Of a DNA stretch of 64,000 nucleotides, positions 17,848-28,439 are shown in pieces (the first letter of the stretch is position 1; each line of letters opens with the position of its first letter). The notes beneath the pieces are model-generated. The model made no database searches, was not told the DNA's origin, and worked only from the letters and a program-made list of their open reading frames with translations. A program made the position numbers and the translations under genes. Source of the stretch: a virus; UHGV virus genome UHGV-0213393. One strand, given 5' to 3'.

Positions 17848-18903
17848 TTAGCCACGGTTAACCTCCTGCGGCGGTTCCGGTAGCCGCATCCAGTCGGTTA
17901 CATTACGACTCTGTGTTTCGAAAAATTCATCACCATTGCGGACAATATCGAAAAACTCTCCGTCTCGATATTGCGCATAAAGAACGAATGCGCCATCACA
18001 TAAAATAATTACGTGCTGACCATCATCTGGCATTCGCTCACTACAGCTTATCCAACCATCCGGAGTTACCGGATAGTTGCCAGCCAGTCTACGCAAAACA
18101 GCCTTAACAGCCTCAATACGGTCATCATCGCAACTTTCCAGCGTATCTATGCGATCGAGCATGATGATGGCGTTATCAATATCAGGATTGCCGGTCCACT
18201 CATTACCGCGATTGGATTCGGCAGCCTGGTTGCCGTGTACTGTTTGATTCTCGGCTTTACCCAGTCTGTCGTCGCTGCATGAATGCCCTTCCAGCCAGGC
18301 CAATGCTTGTCGCATGAAATACGCAATATGTTTGCCGTGGTAATCGTCTTCATCGATGTGAAAAGCGATACTGCGGATGTATTCAATTGCGTTTTCAATG
18401 GCCTCCGGCGTTATCGGCGCTGACATATTTTGATTTTGGAGTGCCAAGACGCGGCTGGCATCCTCAACATCTTTAACTGCATCTGCGCAGTAGTTATAGC
18501 GATTGCACTCCACTAACTTCTGCTTGAGATTTTCAATTGCTTGCGCGACATCAGCCTGTATTACCGGCACAGGCGGAGCGGCGTACAAAGCAATCAAACT
18601 GCCAATTGTTCGCTCTTTCGCATCATCCAGACATGGGTAGGCCGGGGTAGATACAATTGCATTATCTCTAAGGTCGTCAGCCATTACCCATGCCATCGGT
18701 TCTGCTTCCAGCGATGCCAGCACAATTCGTGCCAGCTCACGCACAACTTCAGGGGGCGCGTAACGGTCATTCAGGTCATCCCACAGACGTAGCATGTTAT
18801 CGCTACCAAGGTGAACATCCTCGTTAGTTCCGGCAAGCGCACTAATAACCTCATCGGCAGCTTCAATAATTTTCTTGGCCTGTTCTCTGGTAATACTGGT
18901 CAT
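17848..18903 (-). CDS. hypothetical protein, C-terminal phage-type small domain
   Basis: 351-aa ORF; C-terminal DGWISCSERMPDDGQHVII... resembles a recurrent phage domain (DUF551-like, from memory). Confidence 0.5.
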   Translation of the reverse strand: MTSITREQAKKIIEAADEVISALAGTNEDVHLGSDNMLRLWDDLNDRYAPPEVVRELARIVLASLEAEPMAWVMADDLRDNAIVSTPAYPCLDDAKERTIGSLIALYAAPPVPVIQADVAQAIENLKQKLVECNRYNYCADAVKDVEDASRVLALQNQNMSAPITPEAIENAIEYIRSIAFHIDEDDYHGKHIAYFMRQALAWLEGHSCSDDRLGKAENQTVHGNQAAESNRGNEWTGNPDIDNAIIMLDRIDTLESCDDDRIEAVKAVLRRLAGNYPVTPDGWISCSERMPDDGQHVIILCDGAFVLYAQYRDGEFFDIVRNGDEFFETQSRNVTDWMRLPEPPQEVNRG

Positions 18904-18913
18904 AATTTATGCT

Positions 18914-19447
18914 TTAGTTGTAGCCAATCGGATTAACAGCAACAATAACGCCATCCGCGAACAAATCTTTAATGAGGTGTTCGCTCGGCTCGCCTTTTTC
19001 GTACTCTTCAATAAGGTAAGTGTCTCCATCTTCATTGATATAAACAGGAAGAATGGAACCGTTGATGAAGTAGGTTCCGTTGTTATCGAGGATTTTTGCC
19101 TCGGCGATTTGTTTTTTGGTAAAACGATCTTCTTTTTTCAAAGTTGCCATATCTGTTTCCTTATGTGGGTTAATTTTATTGTGTAGCTTCCTGAATGGGG
19201 TCCACACTATATCGATATACAGTTCAACTAACGGTTCAAATACTTTCCCCATTAGAACAGTCACTAATATTGAGGCTATTGGTATCAGCAACACGAAAAA
19301 CAGAATGATAAACAGCAATTCTATTGCTCTACTCTTTCGCGGATATTCTTTTCTGAATAAAGTGGGCATTTCCTCCCCATTAAATGCGTCAATGATTTCT
19401 CCAGTGTTTTGCGCTGCACCGGAATTATCTTTAAATCCTTCTTTCAT
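18914..19447 (-). CDS. hypothetical membrane protein
   Basis: 177-aa ORF with central hydrophobic helix; AT-rich. Confidence 0.5.
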   Translation of the reverse strand: MKEGFKDNSGAAQNTGEIIDAFNGEEMPTLFRKEYPRKSRAIELLFIILFFVLLIPIASILVTVLMGKVFEPLVELYIDIVWTPFRKLHNKINPHKETDMATLKKEDRFTKKQIAEAKILDNNGTYFINGSILPVYINEDGDTYLIEEYEKGEPSEHLIKDLFADGVIVAVNPIGYN

Positions 19448-19453
19448 CGTTTG

Positions 19454-19594
19454 CTATTCTTCCTCACACCCAAGATATGAAAGAGATGTAATTGCTTTTG
19501 CACGGAAACCACCAATCTTGCTAAGTGCGCTTTTAAGTGCGTCAAGGTCAGATTGTGATTTGATCATGAAAGTTAACCGCGCAATTCCAGACAT
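19454..19594 (-). CDS. possible small ORF (46 aa), absent from ORF track
   Basis: Hand translation MSGIARLTFMIKSQSDLDALKSALSKIGGFRAK...; stop 6 nt before next gene start; weak RBS. Confidence 0.25.
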   Translation of the reverse strand: MSGIARLTFMIKSQSDLDALKSALSKIGGFRAKAITSLSYLGCEEE

Positions 19595-19645
19595 AGAGTC
19601 AGAACCATTCACTGCGTTGTAGTGATATATGTATCGGGTGACTGA

Positions 19646-20230
19646 TTAGGTCACGCCCTCCTGCTGGTGGTTTATATTGGCGTCCTGTCTTGTGTTGGCC
19701 TGCACCATCTCTTCGATTCGTTTAGCCAATGCTGCGCGTTCTTCAGAGTAACGCAATGCTTTCCGTATCCATTCGGCACGTTGCTTTCTAAGGTCTGCAA
19801 TCAGTCTGTCTTTGCCTTTCAGCTTAAAACGTGGGCGGCCTGCCGTTTGCTCAATCTCCACATTCTCATGCTCAATGGAGGTGGTCATTACGTGTCTCAG
19901 CCCGGCGTTCTCTGCCACCAGCGTCGCTAGAATAGTCTCAAGCTCTGAAATTCGGCACGTGGCATCAATATTTGTGTCTTCCAGGCGTTTAACTTCATCC
20001 AACAATGCCAGCGCAACTTTTGGTGGGATAGCCGCGATATAACGGGCATTAGCACCAGCATTCCTTTGTCCATCAATGCCAGGCCAGTCAATAAAGTATC
20101 CGCAATGCCTACCCTCAGACGTGCGCGCAGGATAAATGCCGTTATGACCCGGCAAAATATATGCTACCCATTCATCTTGCGTTGCCTGTTCCGCCGCCTC
20201 GCGCAGTTCTTGATAGTTAATTTTGCTCAC
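19646..20230 (-). CDS. Ead/Ea22-like protein
   Basis: N-terminus MSKINYQELREAAEQATQDEW typical of Ead/Ea22-like phage proteins; paralogous N-terminus in the 24644..25135 gene. Confidence 0.55.
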   Translation of the reverse strand: MSKINYQELREAAEQATQDEWVAYILPGHNGIYPARTSEGRHCGYFIDWPGIDGQRNAGANARYIAAIPPKVALALLDEVKRLEDTNIDATCRISELETILATLVAENAGLRHVMTTSIEHENVEIEQTAGRPRFKLKGKDRLIADLRKQRAEWIRKALRYSEERAALAKRIEEMVQANTRQDANINHQQEGVT

Positions 20231-20507
20231 TGGTTGCCTCCGCTTCCCACGTTTTCAGACTTTCACCACAGAACGGGCAAAATGAAACTCGAATCGGCGA
20301 TTTAGAAAATTCACCAGACCGCAGCATGATCAGGTCTTGTGAACGAATTAATTCATGGTTATAGATTTTGTATTTCAGCAGACCTTTTCGCGTCGTGTAT
20401 TCAGCGTCATGCTCCAGGGATTTTGCCAACGCCGCGCACGGTTCTATCTTGTTGCCATTAATTTGGCATTTTGACTCACTCACTGGTTGCCCCCTGAATA
20501 CGCTCAA
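20217..20507 (-). CDS. hypothetical protein with Cys motifs
   Basis: 96-aa ORF with C...C and CPFC pairs. Confidence 0.45.
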   Translation of the reverse strand: MSVFRGQPVSESKCQINGNKIEPCAALAKSLEHDAEYTTRKGLLKYKIYNHELIRSQDLIMLRSGEFSKSPIRVSFCPFCGESLKTWEAEATSEQN

Positions 20508-21057
20508 ACTCTATTACCCACACCCAAGGATTAGCGTTCCAACTATCTTCGCCATAAATTGATTTCCATAGGCTACGGAAACCTGGGTAATGCTTATCGC
20601 CAATGAGGGTCGATTCTGTTGGTGCGCCCTCAGCCCTTGCATCGCATTCGCTGATATCGTTCAACCGCTCAACGCGCACGTTGGTAATTTCCAGAAGAAT
20701 GCGCGATGCCCAGCGCGGCATGTGAATTGATGGCGTCCACTTTTCTGATACTGGTTTATTACAAACCTCGACCGGAACCCGGTGCGTTTGTTCTGTCCAG
20801 GAGTTACGCACGCTTGCGCGATAAACCAGCGTTGCGACGTCCGTCGCTTTGCCATGTACCCGGTAGGTTTCGCGAACCCAAATACGATCGCCCGGTTGAC
20901 CATATGGACAATGCTTAGCAAGCAACTCTGCGGCCACTGCCCGTCCATAGAATTTTTCTTCAACAATCCTGCGAGTCTGTGTTTTATTCCCGCCAATAAT
21001 TGCCCGGACCATTTCATCGTTAAAAATCATCCCGCGTTCTTTCATTTTTTGATCCAC
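20476..21057 (-). CDS. ASCH-like domain protein
   Basis: N-terminal MIFNDEMVRAIIGGNKTQTRR resembles the ASCH signature. Confidence 0.45.
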   Translation of the reverse strand: MDQKMKERGMIFNDEMVRAIIGGNKTQTRRIVEEKFYGRAVAAELLAKHCPYGQPGDRIWVRETYRVHGKATDVATLVYRASVRNSWTEQTHRVPVEVCNKPVSEKWTPSIHMPRWASRILLEITNVRVERLNDISECDARAEGAPTESTLIGDKHYPGFRSLWKSIYGEDSWNANPWVWVIEFERIQGATSE

Positions 21058-21061
21058 TCCA

Positions 21062-22057
21062 TCAGTTATTGAACGTGATCACTCCGCGCTCGATGGCGAA
21101 GTCGAAAAGCTGGTTAGCGGCTACGTAAAGGCGTATGCCATGTGCTTTTTCCCATGCCCGGACATCGTTTTCTGCGCTTCTGGCGCATTCATCGCAAAGA
21201 GGAACGGCCCAGCGATCGTGTTCGTTTAACGAGCGGGCGCGGTACATGAACGGGTGATTAACTTTGCCACCGCATCCGATGCACGGACGAGAAATCACAA
21301 ACCGGAGATAAGCCGGGCTTTTACCGAGAACCGCTTTTGGTCGGCGCATATACAGCAGGCCGGAATCCTCATCTACAGACAGGTTGACGATCTGCTCTGC
21401 GGTTATGTCCACCAGCTCACGGGTGCTGTGCTCCCAGGTGATATCCGATTCTTTCAGTGTGCCGGTAGGGATTTCCTGTTTTGGCTGACAAAATGCAATG
21501 CGACCGGCTTCATCTGGCAGCTCGTCTTTAAGATTTCGGCGAATGGCCCAAAAAGTGAGTTCAACCATGCTCAGATCGCGTTCTGGCGGTAGTTTTAACT
21601 CGCTCGCAGCCCAGTTCATAACCCAGTTGGCACGATTCAGGGATAACTGGTCGTCCAGCTTGCTGTACCCCTTCATCATGTATTCCGCATCATGCTTCCA
21701 GCACAGGCGAACGGCAGAGCCGTTATAGAAATGAGTGGTTAGCTGGTGGCTGCAATCGCGCTTATCGTGCGCCTGGCAATCGTGGATATTGGAACTTACC
21801 CAATGAACAAGCGAATCTTCACCGCCCAACGCGTTAAATACGCGCTCGCTTTGAAAAAACGGTTTCAGAGACTGGTTGGCAACCAGCGAATAATTCAGAT
21901 CCACTACGCCATCTGGCGTGTTTTCAGCCTGTTCACGCGGAAGTGGGGAGATAATGAAACGGCGACCTGCGCCAATGTAGTTGCTGGTGGGCTTGTCTAC
22001 CGGAAAGACAGCCACACCAGCTCCGTTTACGAAATGAGGTGTGATTATTGCACTCAT
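21062..22057 (-). CDS. hypothetical protein with C-terminal Cys/His motif
   Basis: 331-aa ORF; C-terminal CIGCGGKVNHP...CDEC motif. Confidence 0.5.
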   Translation of the reverse strand: MSAIITPHFVNGAGVAVFPVDKPTSNYIGAGRRFIISPLPREQAENTPDGVVDLNYSLVANQSLKPFFQSERVFNALGGEDSLVHWVSSNIHDCQAHDKRDCSHQLTTHFYNGSAVRLCWKHDAEYMMKGYSKLDDQLSLNRANWVMNWAASELKLPPERDLSMVELTFWAIRRNLKDELPDEAGRIAFCQPKQEIPTGTLKESDITWEHSTRELVDITAEQIVNLSVDEDSGLLYMRRPKAVLGKSPAYLRFVISRPCIGCGGKVNHPFMYRARSLNEHDRWAVPLCDECARSAENDVRAWEKAHGIRLYVAANQLFDFAIERGVITFNN

Positions 22058-22095
22058 AATGTATACCGACTCCGTTTTGTTCCGAGCGGTAAAAT

Positions 22096-22131
22096 AATAT
22101 GTTAGAAAATTAAAATTAATATTCTAACACG
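22096..22131. promoter_or_regulatory. operator-like inverted pair
   Basis: atgttagaaaat-N9-atattctaacac upstream of the minus-strand 21062..22057 gene. Confidence 0.55.
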
Positions 22132-22161
22132 ATTTTGAGTGCATAAACGATGTGTACAGGA

Positions 22162-22848
22162 TTACGACGGTCCTCCCTTCACCTGCTTTAGCGTCAGATT
22201 TCCGCAAAAAACCGCGCCAGTGTCTATGTAGTGCTGGTTCCAGAAAGATTTCTGCCTGTTTACTGGCGTATGCCCGAAAATAAAGCTATCTGCACCAGTG
22301 ATCATTCCACCAACACCATCAACCGCGTCATAAAATCGCTCACGCCGCCAGGTAACATTGAGATCGCTAACAGGTTTACCAAACTGGTATTCGTTATCAG
22401 GATAGTCGGCATGGGCTATAACGATAGTTTCATGCCCGGTGTTCAACTCAATGATATAGGGCAGACGTCTTACCAGCTCCACCAGCGCCCTGGCTAATAT
22501 TTCCCGATCAGCGTCCAGCATGAAGAACCATTGACCGCCATTCATTAGCCAGTTATTCACATTGCCTGCGAGACTTAACGCATCGATCATTAATCGCTCG
22601 TGGTTTCCCATAACCGACCGAAACCAAGGCATCTGCAATAGCTCCAGGCATTCAACATTTTCGGTGCCGCGATCGATAAGGTCGCCAACCGATATCAGTA
22701 AATCCTGTGTCGGGTCAAAGTCCACACGATGAAGTTCAGACATCAATCTGGTGTAGCAACCATGCAGATCACCAACAACCCATATGTTTCTGTAGCCTGA
22801 ACCATCAATACGGCTATATAAATTCACTTCATGCAGCGCCTGGGTCAT
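22162..22848 (-). CDS. Ser/Thr protein phosphatase (lambda PPase-like metallophosphoesterase)
   Basis: Motifs GDLHG, GDLIDRG and GNHE; extended collinearity with lambda phosphatase as recalled; start set at MTQALHEV. Confidence 0.85.
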   Translation of the reverse strand: MTQALHEVNLYSRIDGSGYRNIWVVGDLHGCYTRLMSELHRVDFDPTQDLLISVGDLIDRGTENVECLELLQMPWFRSVMGNHERLMIDALSLAGNVNNWLMNGGQWFFMLDADREILARALVELVRRLPYIIELNTGHETIVIAHADYPDNEYQFGKPVSDLNVTWRRERFYDAVDGVGGMITGADSFIFGHTPVNRQKSFWNQHYIDTGAVFCGNLTLKQVKGGPS

Positions 22849-23149
22849 GCGGCAACCTTCTCCCGCAGCCAGATACAAACCGGACCATCTTCAGTGTCAT
22901 GAATAGAGCCAACAAACCAGCCTTCGCCCTCTGGTCGCTCCGGTTCCCAGGCGGCAATATCGGGACCATCTGCGTCCAGATTAAAATCATCTTCATCCAT
23001 ACTGCGAATAGTCCACTGAAGATTATCATCCAGGCGTCAAATTCCTCAGTGGATATATATTCACGACCTGCGCAAAACTTTTCATGCTCCGGATGTGTCC
23101 AGCAGCCATATTCATCACGTTCTACCGGCATTTCTTTAATGATGCTCAC
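22829..23149 (-). CDS. hypothetical protein
   Basis: 106-aa ORF in a tightly packed minus-strand operon. Confidence 0.45.
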   Translation of the reverse strand: MSIIKEMPVERDEYGCWTHPEHEKFCAGREYISTEEFDAWMIIFSGLFAVWMKMILIWTQMVPILPPGNRSDQRAKAGLLALFMTLKMVRFVSGCGRRLPHDPGAA

Positions 23150-23370
23150 TCTTCATCCTCCAAGTCGGCAACGGCCTCCATCACATCAGAACCGCGAATA
23201 ACCTCAAAAGCACGGCAGGCCATTTCAAACACCTGTTGTTCTTGCGGATGCGGTGACTCCCAATACTTAAAACCAGGTCGATGCTCGTACCCCATCATGG
23301 AATAAAAATCGCCAGCAAGTTCAATCGCGGCATCAACAAGTTCGCGATTTGTCATCGTCTGTTCTGTCAT
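23146..23370 (-). CDS. hypothetical protein
   Basis: 74-aa acidic ORF, coupled. Confidence 0.45.
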   Translation of the reverse strand: MTEQTMTNRELVDAAIELAGDFYSMMGYEHRPGFKYWESPHPQEQQVFEMACRAFEVIRGSDVMEAVADLEDEE

Positions 23371-23642
23371 TTTGTTTTCTCCTGTCTGAACATCACTATC
23401 ATCAGGTCGCCTTTTGTCGCTATCCTCGCTGTTGTGCCTGGTTCAATGCTGCCAAGTTCAAATGCGTCATAGAACGCTTCTAATGCCTTCTGGCGTAGTT
23501 CCTGTTTGCGCCGTTTTTTCCACTGTTTCAGGAAAATGGAACCCAGCCATCGCCATGTACGGGACATGATGTAAAGCCAACCGAGAAGTGCCAGACCGGA
23601 ATTTAGGAGCGTATCGATCGTTATTGTCGTGTCGATATTCAC
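23367..23642 (-). CDS. hypothetical membrane protein
   Basis: 91-aa ORF with a hydrophobic helix. Confidence 0.45.
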   Translation of the reverse strand: MNIDTTITIDTLLNSGLALLGWLYIMSRTWRWLGSIFLKQWKKRRKQELRQKALEAFYDAFELGSIEPGTTARIATKGDLMIVMFRQEKTK

Positions 23643-24322
23643 TTGCTGCTTCCTCTTCGAAGCTCATCGGCAATACTTACGCATATCTCTGCGCCTCTAA
23701 TCAGCCCCGGAACGTTCTTGTTTGGCCCAACTTCACCATCAACAAAATCAATCATCGCGTTACGAGCCATATCCACGCCCTGCGCCCGTACTTCAGCCAG
23801 AATTTCGTCAGTGGCTAGAGTTTTTCTCGAACGGTAAGACCAAACAATGTCGTCTGTTTCACTAGGCTCTTCATGAGAGCAATTTGGACAGACAGCAGTA
23901 CAACCGGCATGATCTTCTATGAGCATCTTCAACCACTCATTTTCCGCCGCCAGCCTCACGCGACTGGCCTCCAGTTCTGCTACGCGCTGTTTTGCAGCAT
24001 CCAGCTCAACCGACAATTTTTCCAACTGCTCTTTATGCTTCTTGTATTCCTGATATGCGTGCCAAGACTGACCTTTGCGCACACTATCAGTGATATCAGC
24101 AACCTGCTCTGGTGTTAGCGTGGTCAGTGGCTGTGCTGGAAAAATCATCACTTGCCCGGCATCCCAATCAAAACCCACCTGAATTGACTGAACCTCAACT
24201 GATGGTGTTGAACCGATGCGACCAGGCGAATGAACAACGATCGTTACATCCATATCGCGATGATGGCTGTGGTTGTTGGACAAAATGCGATTCACCAACT
24301 CAGAAAATTTGGAAAATTTCAT
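23639..24322 (-). CDS. hypothetical protein
   Basis: Start chosen at MKFSKF where ATG overlaps upstream stop (ATGA); coiled-coil plus Cys pairs. Confidence 0.5.
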   Translation of the reverse strand: MKFSKFSELVNRILSNNHSHHRDMDVTIVVHSPGRIGSTPSVEVQSIQVGFDWDAGQVMIFPAQPLTTLTPEQVADITDSVRKGQSWHAYQEYKKHKEQLEKLSVELDAAKQRVAELEASRVRLAAENEWLKMLIEDHAGCTAVCPNCSHEEPSETDDIVWSYRSRKTLATDEILAEVRAQGVDMARNAMIDFVDGEVGPNKNVPGLIRGAEICVSIADELRRGSSK

Positions 24323-24642
24323 GCTGATTCCCTTTGCTCTTCCTGGATAATGTTGTTGCAATCTTTCACGCACTCGTTGCAGATGAAAACGTTGTCCCCG
24401 GCAATTAACTTTTTAACGGTGTGCTGGGATTTGTTGCAGAAGCTGCAATAAAGCGTTGGACTGGCTGATACGGATGGTGCGCCAGATGTCAGCCGCGCGA
24501 TGTCGTTCTTGCGACGCAATATCACACGGCTGCACTCGACCAGCATCTCCGGGGATATATCCTCCTCCGTGGCGAGCGCCTCCAGACGTTCGAGCAAGCG
24601 AAATACTTTTTCCTGGGTGATTGCAGAATGCGATGTGGTCAT
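24319..24642 (-). CDS. small protein with ClpX-type zinc-binding-domain-like C-terminus
   Basis: C-terminus [39 protein letters not shown] resembles the ClpX N-terminal zinc-binding domain; start at MTTSHS with RBS AAGGAG. Confidence 0.55.
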   Translation of the reverse strand: MTTSHSAITQEKVFRLLERLEALATEEDISPEMLVECSRVILRRKNDIARLTSGAPSVSASPTLYCSFCNKSQHTVKKLIAGDNVFICNECVKDCNNIIQEEQRESA

Positions 24643-24643
24643 C

Positions 24644-25135
24644 TCACTCTCCTTTGATGCGAATGCCTGTTGCAATGCTGTTTATGATGCTGTCAGTGCA
24701 TGGGGTAGAAAGCTGGGCATCTCCAGCAATTTTCATGACCTCAACATCTGCATATCGAATACCGAGGTGTATCAGACCGGCTATGCCTGACTTAAGCCGA
24801 GCATTTTCCATAAATAGAACCTTTGCCCGCTGTTTTTCTGCTTCAAGCTCAACGCGCAGCTTCCCTACCGTTAGCGCAATATCCTCGTTCTCCTGGTCGC
24901 GGCGTTTGATGTATTGCTGGTTTCTTTCCCGTTCATCCAGAAGCGCCAGCACGGTTTCTGGTCCGGCCAGAAATTTGAAGGCGTTGAGCGCATCAATATC
25001 CACACCGTAATCTTTAAGTTCCTGTTCACTTATCAGATCATCATCAACTGGCAACATTAACAGGCGTTCCATTGCCGGAATTGCACGTTCTGCCGCCTCA
25101 CGCAGCGCCAGTGTGTCGATGTCGATTTTGCTCAT
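24644..25135 (-). CDS. Ead/Ea22-like protein
   Basis: N-terminus [18 protein letters not shown]; RBS GAGGAGG. Confidence 0.55.
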   Translation of the reverse strand: MSKIDIDTLALREAAERAIPAMERLLMLPVDDDLISEQELKDYGVDIDALNAFKFLAGPETVLALLDERERNQQYIKRRDQENEDIALTVGKLRVELEAEKQRAKVLFMENARLKSGIAGLIHLGIRYADVEVMKIAGDAQLSTPCTDSIINSIATGIRIKGE

Positions 25136-25398
25136 TGTGCCTCCTCGATTTCGTCCCATTCCACCCAGGCATTCTCTCCATCAGCATCGATTTCACCTTT
25201 GTGACCGCATTTGGAACAAACGGCCTCATCACCCGCCCACAAAGAATCTTTGGTTACCGACCATCCTGTTACCTTGGCTTTGCCGTGCTGGCACTTAGGG
25301 CAATCATCAAGCCATTCGACTTCGACCGTTGAAGGACCAAATCCATGTTCAGTTCGGATGCTCATGACTGAACTCCTTTGCGAATCTGTTCCGCCCAT
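25132..25398 (-). CDS. small zinc-ribbon protein
   Basis: 88-aa ORF with CPKC ... CSKC. Confidence 0.45.
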   Translation of the reverse strand: MGGTDSQRSSVMSIRTEHGFGPSTVEVEWLDDCPKCQHGKAKVTGWSVTKDSLWAGDEAVCSKCGHKGEIDADGENAWVEWDEIEEAQ

Positions 25399-25865
25399 TC
25401 TTCAAGGGATTTCTCCGCATATTCACCGGACAGGCCATCAATCGGATGCGGTTCATTAGCCAACTCTTCTTTCGCTGACAAAATCATGCGTGTAACGTCG
25501 AAAACTTCACGCAAAGACTTATTGATAAATCCGTGATTGAACGCAGCAGCAAGACGGCTTGCGGTGTAGTTAATCCCCTCGTTGCGTGCCTCCGCACGTA
25601 TTTCAGCCAGGAAAGCGTCGGTGGCTGACATATTTCCTGTTGCCTTCATGGCCTTCAAAATAACCAGAACGCCATCTTGCCCAACCAACTCGGAGATAAT
25701 CTCAGTGTTGTCGCCAACAACCTCACAGAATGCCTGAACAGCTTTACGAGCAAGAGCATTCTCCGCCGCCAGCGCCGCGCGCTCTTTCTCAAGTCGGGAA
25801 ATTTCCGTTACATACTCAGCGTTACGCTCTGCCAGTTGTGCGGGCGTTAAACCTTCAGACTTCAT
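25362..25865 (-). CDS. hypothetical protein
   Basis: 167-aa ORF. Confidence 0.45.
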   Translation of the reverse strand: MKSEGLTPAQLAERNAEYVTEISRLEKERAALAAENALARKAVQAFCEVVGDNTEIISELVGQDGVLVILKAMKATGNMSATDAFLAEIRAEARNEGINYTASRLAAAFNHGFINKSLREVFDVTRMILSAKEELANEPHPIDGLSGEYAEKSLEEWAEQIRKGVQS

Positions 25866-26172
25866 GCACTCTCCTTTCGAAATAAACGTACTGATTAATC
25901 ATGCCCAGGGGCATTTCGAGTTTTTCTGCGATCTCACGGCGGGGAACGCCACACTGATGAAGCTGCCGCGCCAGCTCTATATCGCTCTGCCGGTATTTGG
26001 CTGACTGGTGAAAGTCACCTTTCAGAATCATGCTGATCCGCAATTGCCGCGCTTTAGTCCTGACAGCACCACCGGTACGCCCGATCAGTCTCCCAATACC
26101 CTCGACTGTCATAGTCCCGGCGCACTGGCGGAGTATCATGATTTCTGCCCTTCCCCATCCCCGCCAGCTCAC
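25855..26172 (-). CDS. HTH DNA-binding protein
   Basis: 105-aa ORF with helix-turn-helix-like segments. Confidence 0.4.
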   Translation of the reverse strand: MSWRGWGRAEIMILRQCAGTMTVEGIGRLIGRTGGAVRTKARQLRISMILKGDFHQSAKYRQSDIELARQLHQCGVPRREIAEKLEMPLGMINQYVYFERRVHEV

Positions 26173-26780
26173 GCAGAACTCCTTCTAACCAAAAGAACGC
26201 CATCTTCAGAAACAACGTTGCAGGACTTCAGGTAATTCATTGCCTCTTTCGGTAATGGATTCTTTGGATCGGCGCTTGCCAGGGATTTCGATAACCTCAT
26301 GATAAATTTGATCATTACCTTCTGACGGAGCTTGTGCTCATGAGATGCAGACAGGTAATAGGAAATGGTATGGGCTAAACGCTCACGAAGCTGTTCTGTG
26401 CCGTGATATACAGCAGCGATATCACGTAGTGCATTGACCAGTTCCCGGTAAATATGCGGAGCAACCTGGCATTCAATGTTGGTTGGTGACTCATAAATTA
26501 CATTCAGCCCCAGCTTTTGAGCCAGCTCGTGCTCTGCACGAGCGCCAACTGATTCCTCCCACCCCTTGAGCAAATAGACCGCATTAGCCGAACGCACCAT
26601 TGCAAGGCAAATATCCATGTATTCGCTCTCGCAGAGGCCAGCAGGTAACAGCGCCGGATTCAGAACAATATGCCCTACCTCCATCAGCTCTTTTGCTTTC
26701 GAAAAAAACGCTGTGCGGTTGTAGTCGGGATAACCAGTCATCGGACCCGCGATGTAAATTTTCATAATGCGTTTTGACAT
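26169..26780 (-). CDS. DUF4406 / nucleoside 2-deoxyribosyltransferase-like protein with C-terminal shared module
   Basis: MKIYIAGPMTGYPDYNRTAFF...VLNPA pattern; C-terminal YRELVN...QLRER module shared with the 15609..16502 protein; start ambiguous (26765/26780/26807). Confidence 0.5.
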   Translation of the reverse strand: MSKRIMKIYIAGPMTGYPDYNRTAFFSKAKELMEVGHIVLNPALLPAGLCESEYMDICLAMVRSANAVYLLKGWEESVGARAEHELAQKLGLNVIYESPTNIECQVAPHIYRELVNALRDIAAVYHGTEQLRERLAHTISYYLSASHEHKLRQKVMIKFIMRLSKSLASADPKNPLPKEAMNYLKSCNVVSEDGVLLVRRSSA

Positions 26781-26973
26781 CAAAGTTTCCCCAGGAACGT
26801 TACGCAAAAGTTGATGAGAGCAAAGAGTTCAATGCCCAGCTCAAACAACGCCAGGACAGTGAAAAACAGGGCATATAGCAACCCAATTTCTGTACCGGAT
26901 TGCTGGTGGATTGCACTTATTGCGACAAGCATCATGACCTCCTGATATAGCGTCTGAAAAAAGTATCTTCATT

Positions 26974-27010
26974 TTGTGTTAGAAAATCAATTTTGATTTT
27001 CTAACATATT
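26974..27010. promoter_or_regulatory. operator-like inverted pair in a divergent promoter
   Basis: gtgttagaaaatc-N6-gattttctaacat between the minus-strand operon and the ref-like gene. Confidence 0.6.
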
Positions 27011-27051
27011 TGATCAACCATAGCGGCGATGTAGACAAACCGGGTATTTCT

Positions 27052-27627
27052 ATGAAGCAAAGCTATTGGGAGAAACAGACACAAAAAGCCCTGCAAAAAC
27101 TGGCTGATCCGAAATGGCGGGAGGAACAAAGGGCAAAGCGTCTTCAGCAAGCTCAACGCCAGCAGCAGCGTGCGCGAGAAAAAGCCGCATCGCCTGAATA
27201 TCGGCAAAAGAAAATTGAAAAAGCGAAGCAATATGAACAGCGAAGAAAAGAGAAGGCCGCTTCTGCTCCTGTCAAAAAAACTCGCGCGTCACGCGGCCTG
27301 AAAGGCAGAACACTCACAGCAGATGAGCGCCGGATACAAACTGCCATCGGTGCTCTCCCCTGCATTGCCTGCCATATGCACGGACAGCATAGCCCTGTGG
27401 TATCCCTGCACCACATCTTCGGAAGAACAGCAGAGAACGCGCATAAATACGTCCTCCCTTTGTGTAAATGGCACCATCAACACGCAGCGCCAGCAGAGAT
27501 CCGCGAGCAATACCCCTGGTTGGTTCCTGTTCATGCTGATGGAAAAATAGGCGGCAAAGCAGATTTCAGGCGGCACAATGCTGATGAAATGACGTTGTAT
27601 CAGATGGTGACTGAATTAATAAATTAA
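27052..27627 (+). CDS. ref: Ref-like HNH-motif protein (recombination enhancement function-like)
   Basis: Lys/Arg/Gln-rich N-terminus then CIACHMHGQ...HHIFG...CKWHH Cys/His cluster; flanked by operator motifs as P1 ref is by C1 operators. Confidence 0.55.
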   Translation: MKQSYWEKQTQKALQKLADPKWREEQRAKRLQQAQRQQQRAREKAASPEYRQKKIEKAKQYEQRRKEKAASAPVKKTRASRGLKGRTLTADERRIQTAIGALPCIACHMHGQHSPVVSLHHIFGRTAENAHKYVLPLCKWHHQHAAPAEIREQYPWLVPVHADGKIGGKADFRRHNADEMTLYQMVTELIN

Positions 27628-27642
27628 TTTTCTAACATTTTA
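27620..27642. promoter_or_regulatory. operator-like motif copy
   Basis: aattaattttctaacatttt after the ref-like stop. Confidence 0.5.
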
Positions 27643-27958
27643 AGTTGAATTGTGAGATTCGCCGTTGTACATTCACAACCGATTGGTACACCGGTCAACT
27701 TTTTGAGACAAACCGTTTGGTTTTTCGTATGATTGCCGCCGCCATACCAATGGCGGTGCAATATAGGTGGCTGAAAAGCCCCCGTTGACTCACGGTGTTC
27801 CAACCTTTATTGCGCCGCCACCAGACCGTGGAACAGTCGATGGCGGCTCCGAAAGCAAGGAGTCACTACACTATGAACAGCTACTGTCTTTTCCCATCAC
27901 TCGTTGTCCGCCACTCACGCGATAATCTGCATTCTTTACTCGCGCTGGGGGTGTCAAA

Positions 27959-28126
27959 ATGACCGTTCGCTACCTCAACTTTCAAATCCAGAACATCACT
28001 GGCGGTTGCTATGACTGGTTTGTCACTCTCGGAAAAGAAGTGTTCACCGGGAAGCTGGATGAAGTGAAAGCTAAAGCAATGGCCTACGCCTGCAAGCAAG
28101 CCCAAAAGAAGAAAAGAAAAGCATAA
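27959..28126 (+). CDS. possible small basic protein (55 aa), absent from ORF track
   Basis: Hand translation MTVRYLNFQIQNITGGCYDWF...KQAQKKKRKA; G-rich SD-like sequence upstream; terminator downstream. Confidence 0.3.
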   Translation: MTVRYLNFQIQNITGGCYDWFVTLGKEVFTGKLDEVKAKAMAYACKQAQKKKRKA

Positions 28127-28232
28127 GAAAACACACAGTTGCGCCCTGGCATTATCGTGGGGTATATTTCTACGGCACCTTAGAAAAACGGGTGCCGGGA
28201 TTGGAACCCCGGATAATGTCAAAGGCGACACA

Positions 28233-28255
28233 GACGCCGAACGCGTCTTTTTTTG
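28233..28255 (+). terminator. rho-independent terminator
   Basis: gacgc-cgaac-gcgtc followed by ttttttt. Confidence 0.7.
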
Positions 28256-28439
28256 TGTCATGCCATCGCACAGCCATACTTAGCGTTTAGCTCAGAGATC
28301 AATGGTAGTGCTGGCTGGGCTGCCGAAAGGCAGGCCGGTTCCCTTTGACGCCGGTAGTTCCAACCCAGTCAGTGCTACCGCCATTGAGATTGGAACCTCA
28401 CGCGGTAGCTCCTTAACTTAGTCAAAGGAGGCTGCCAAT

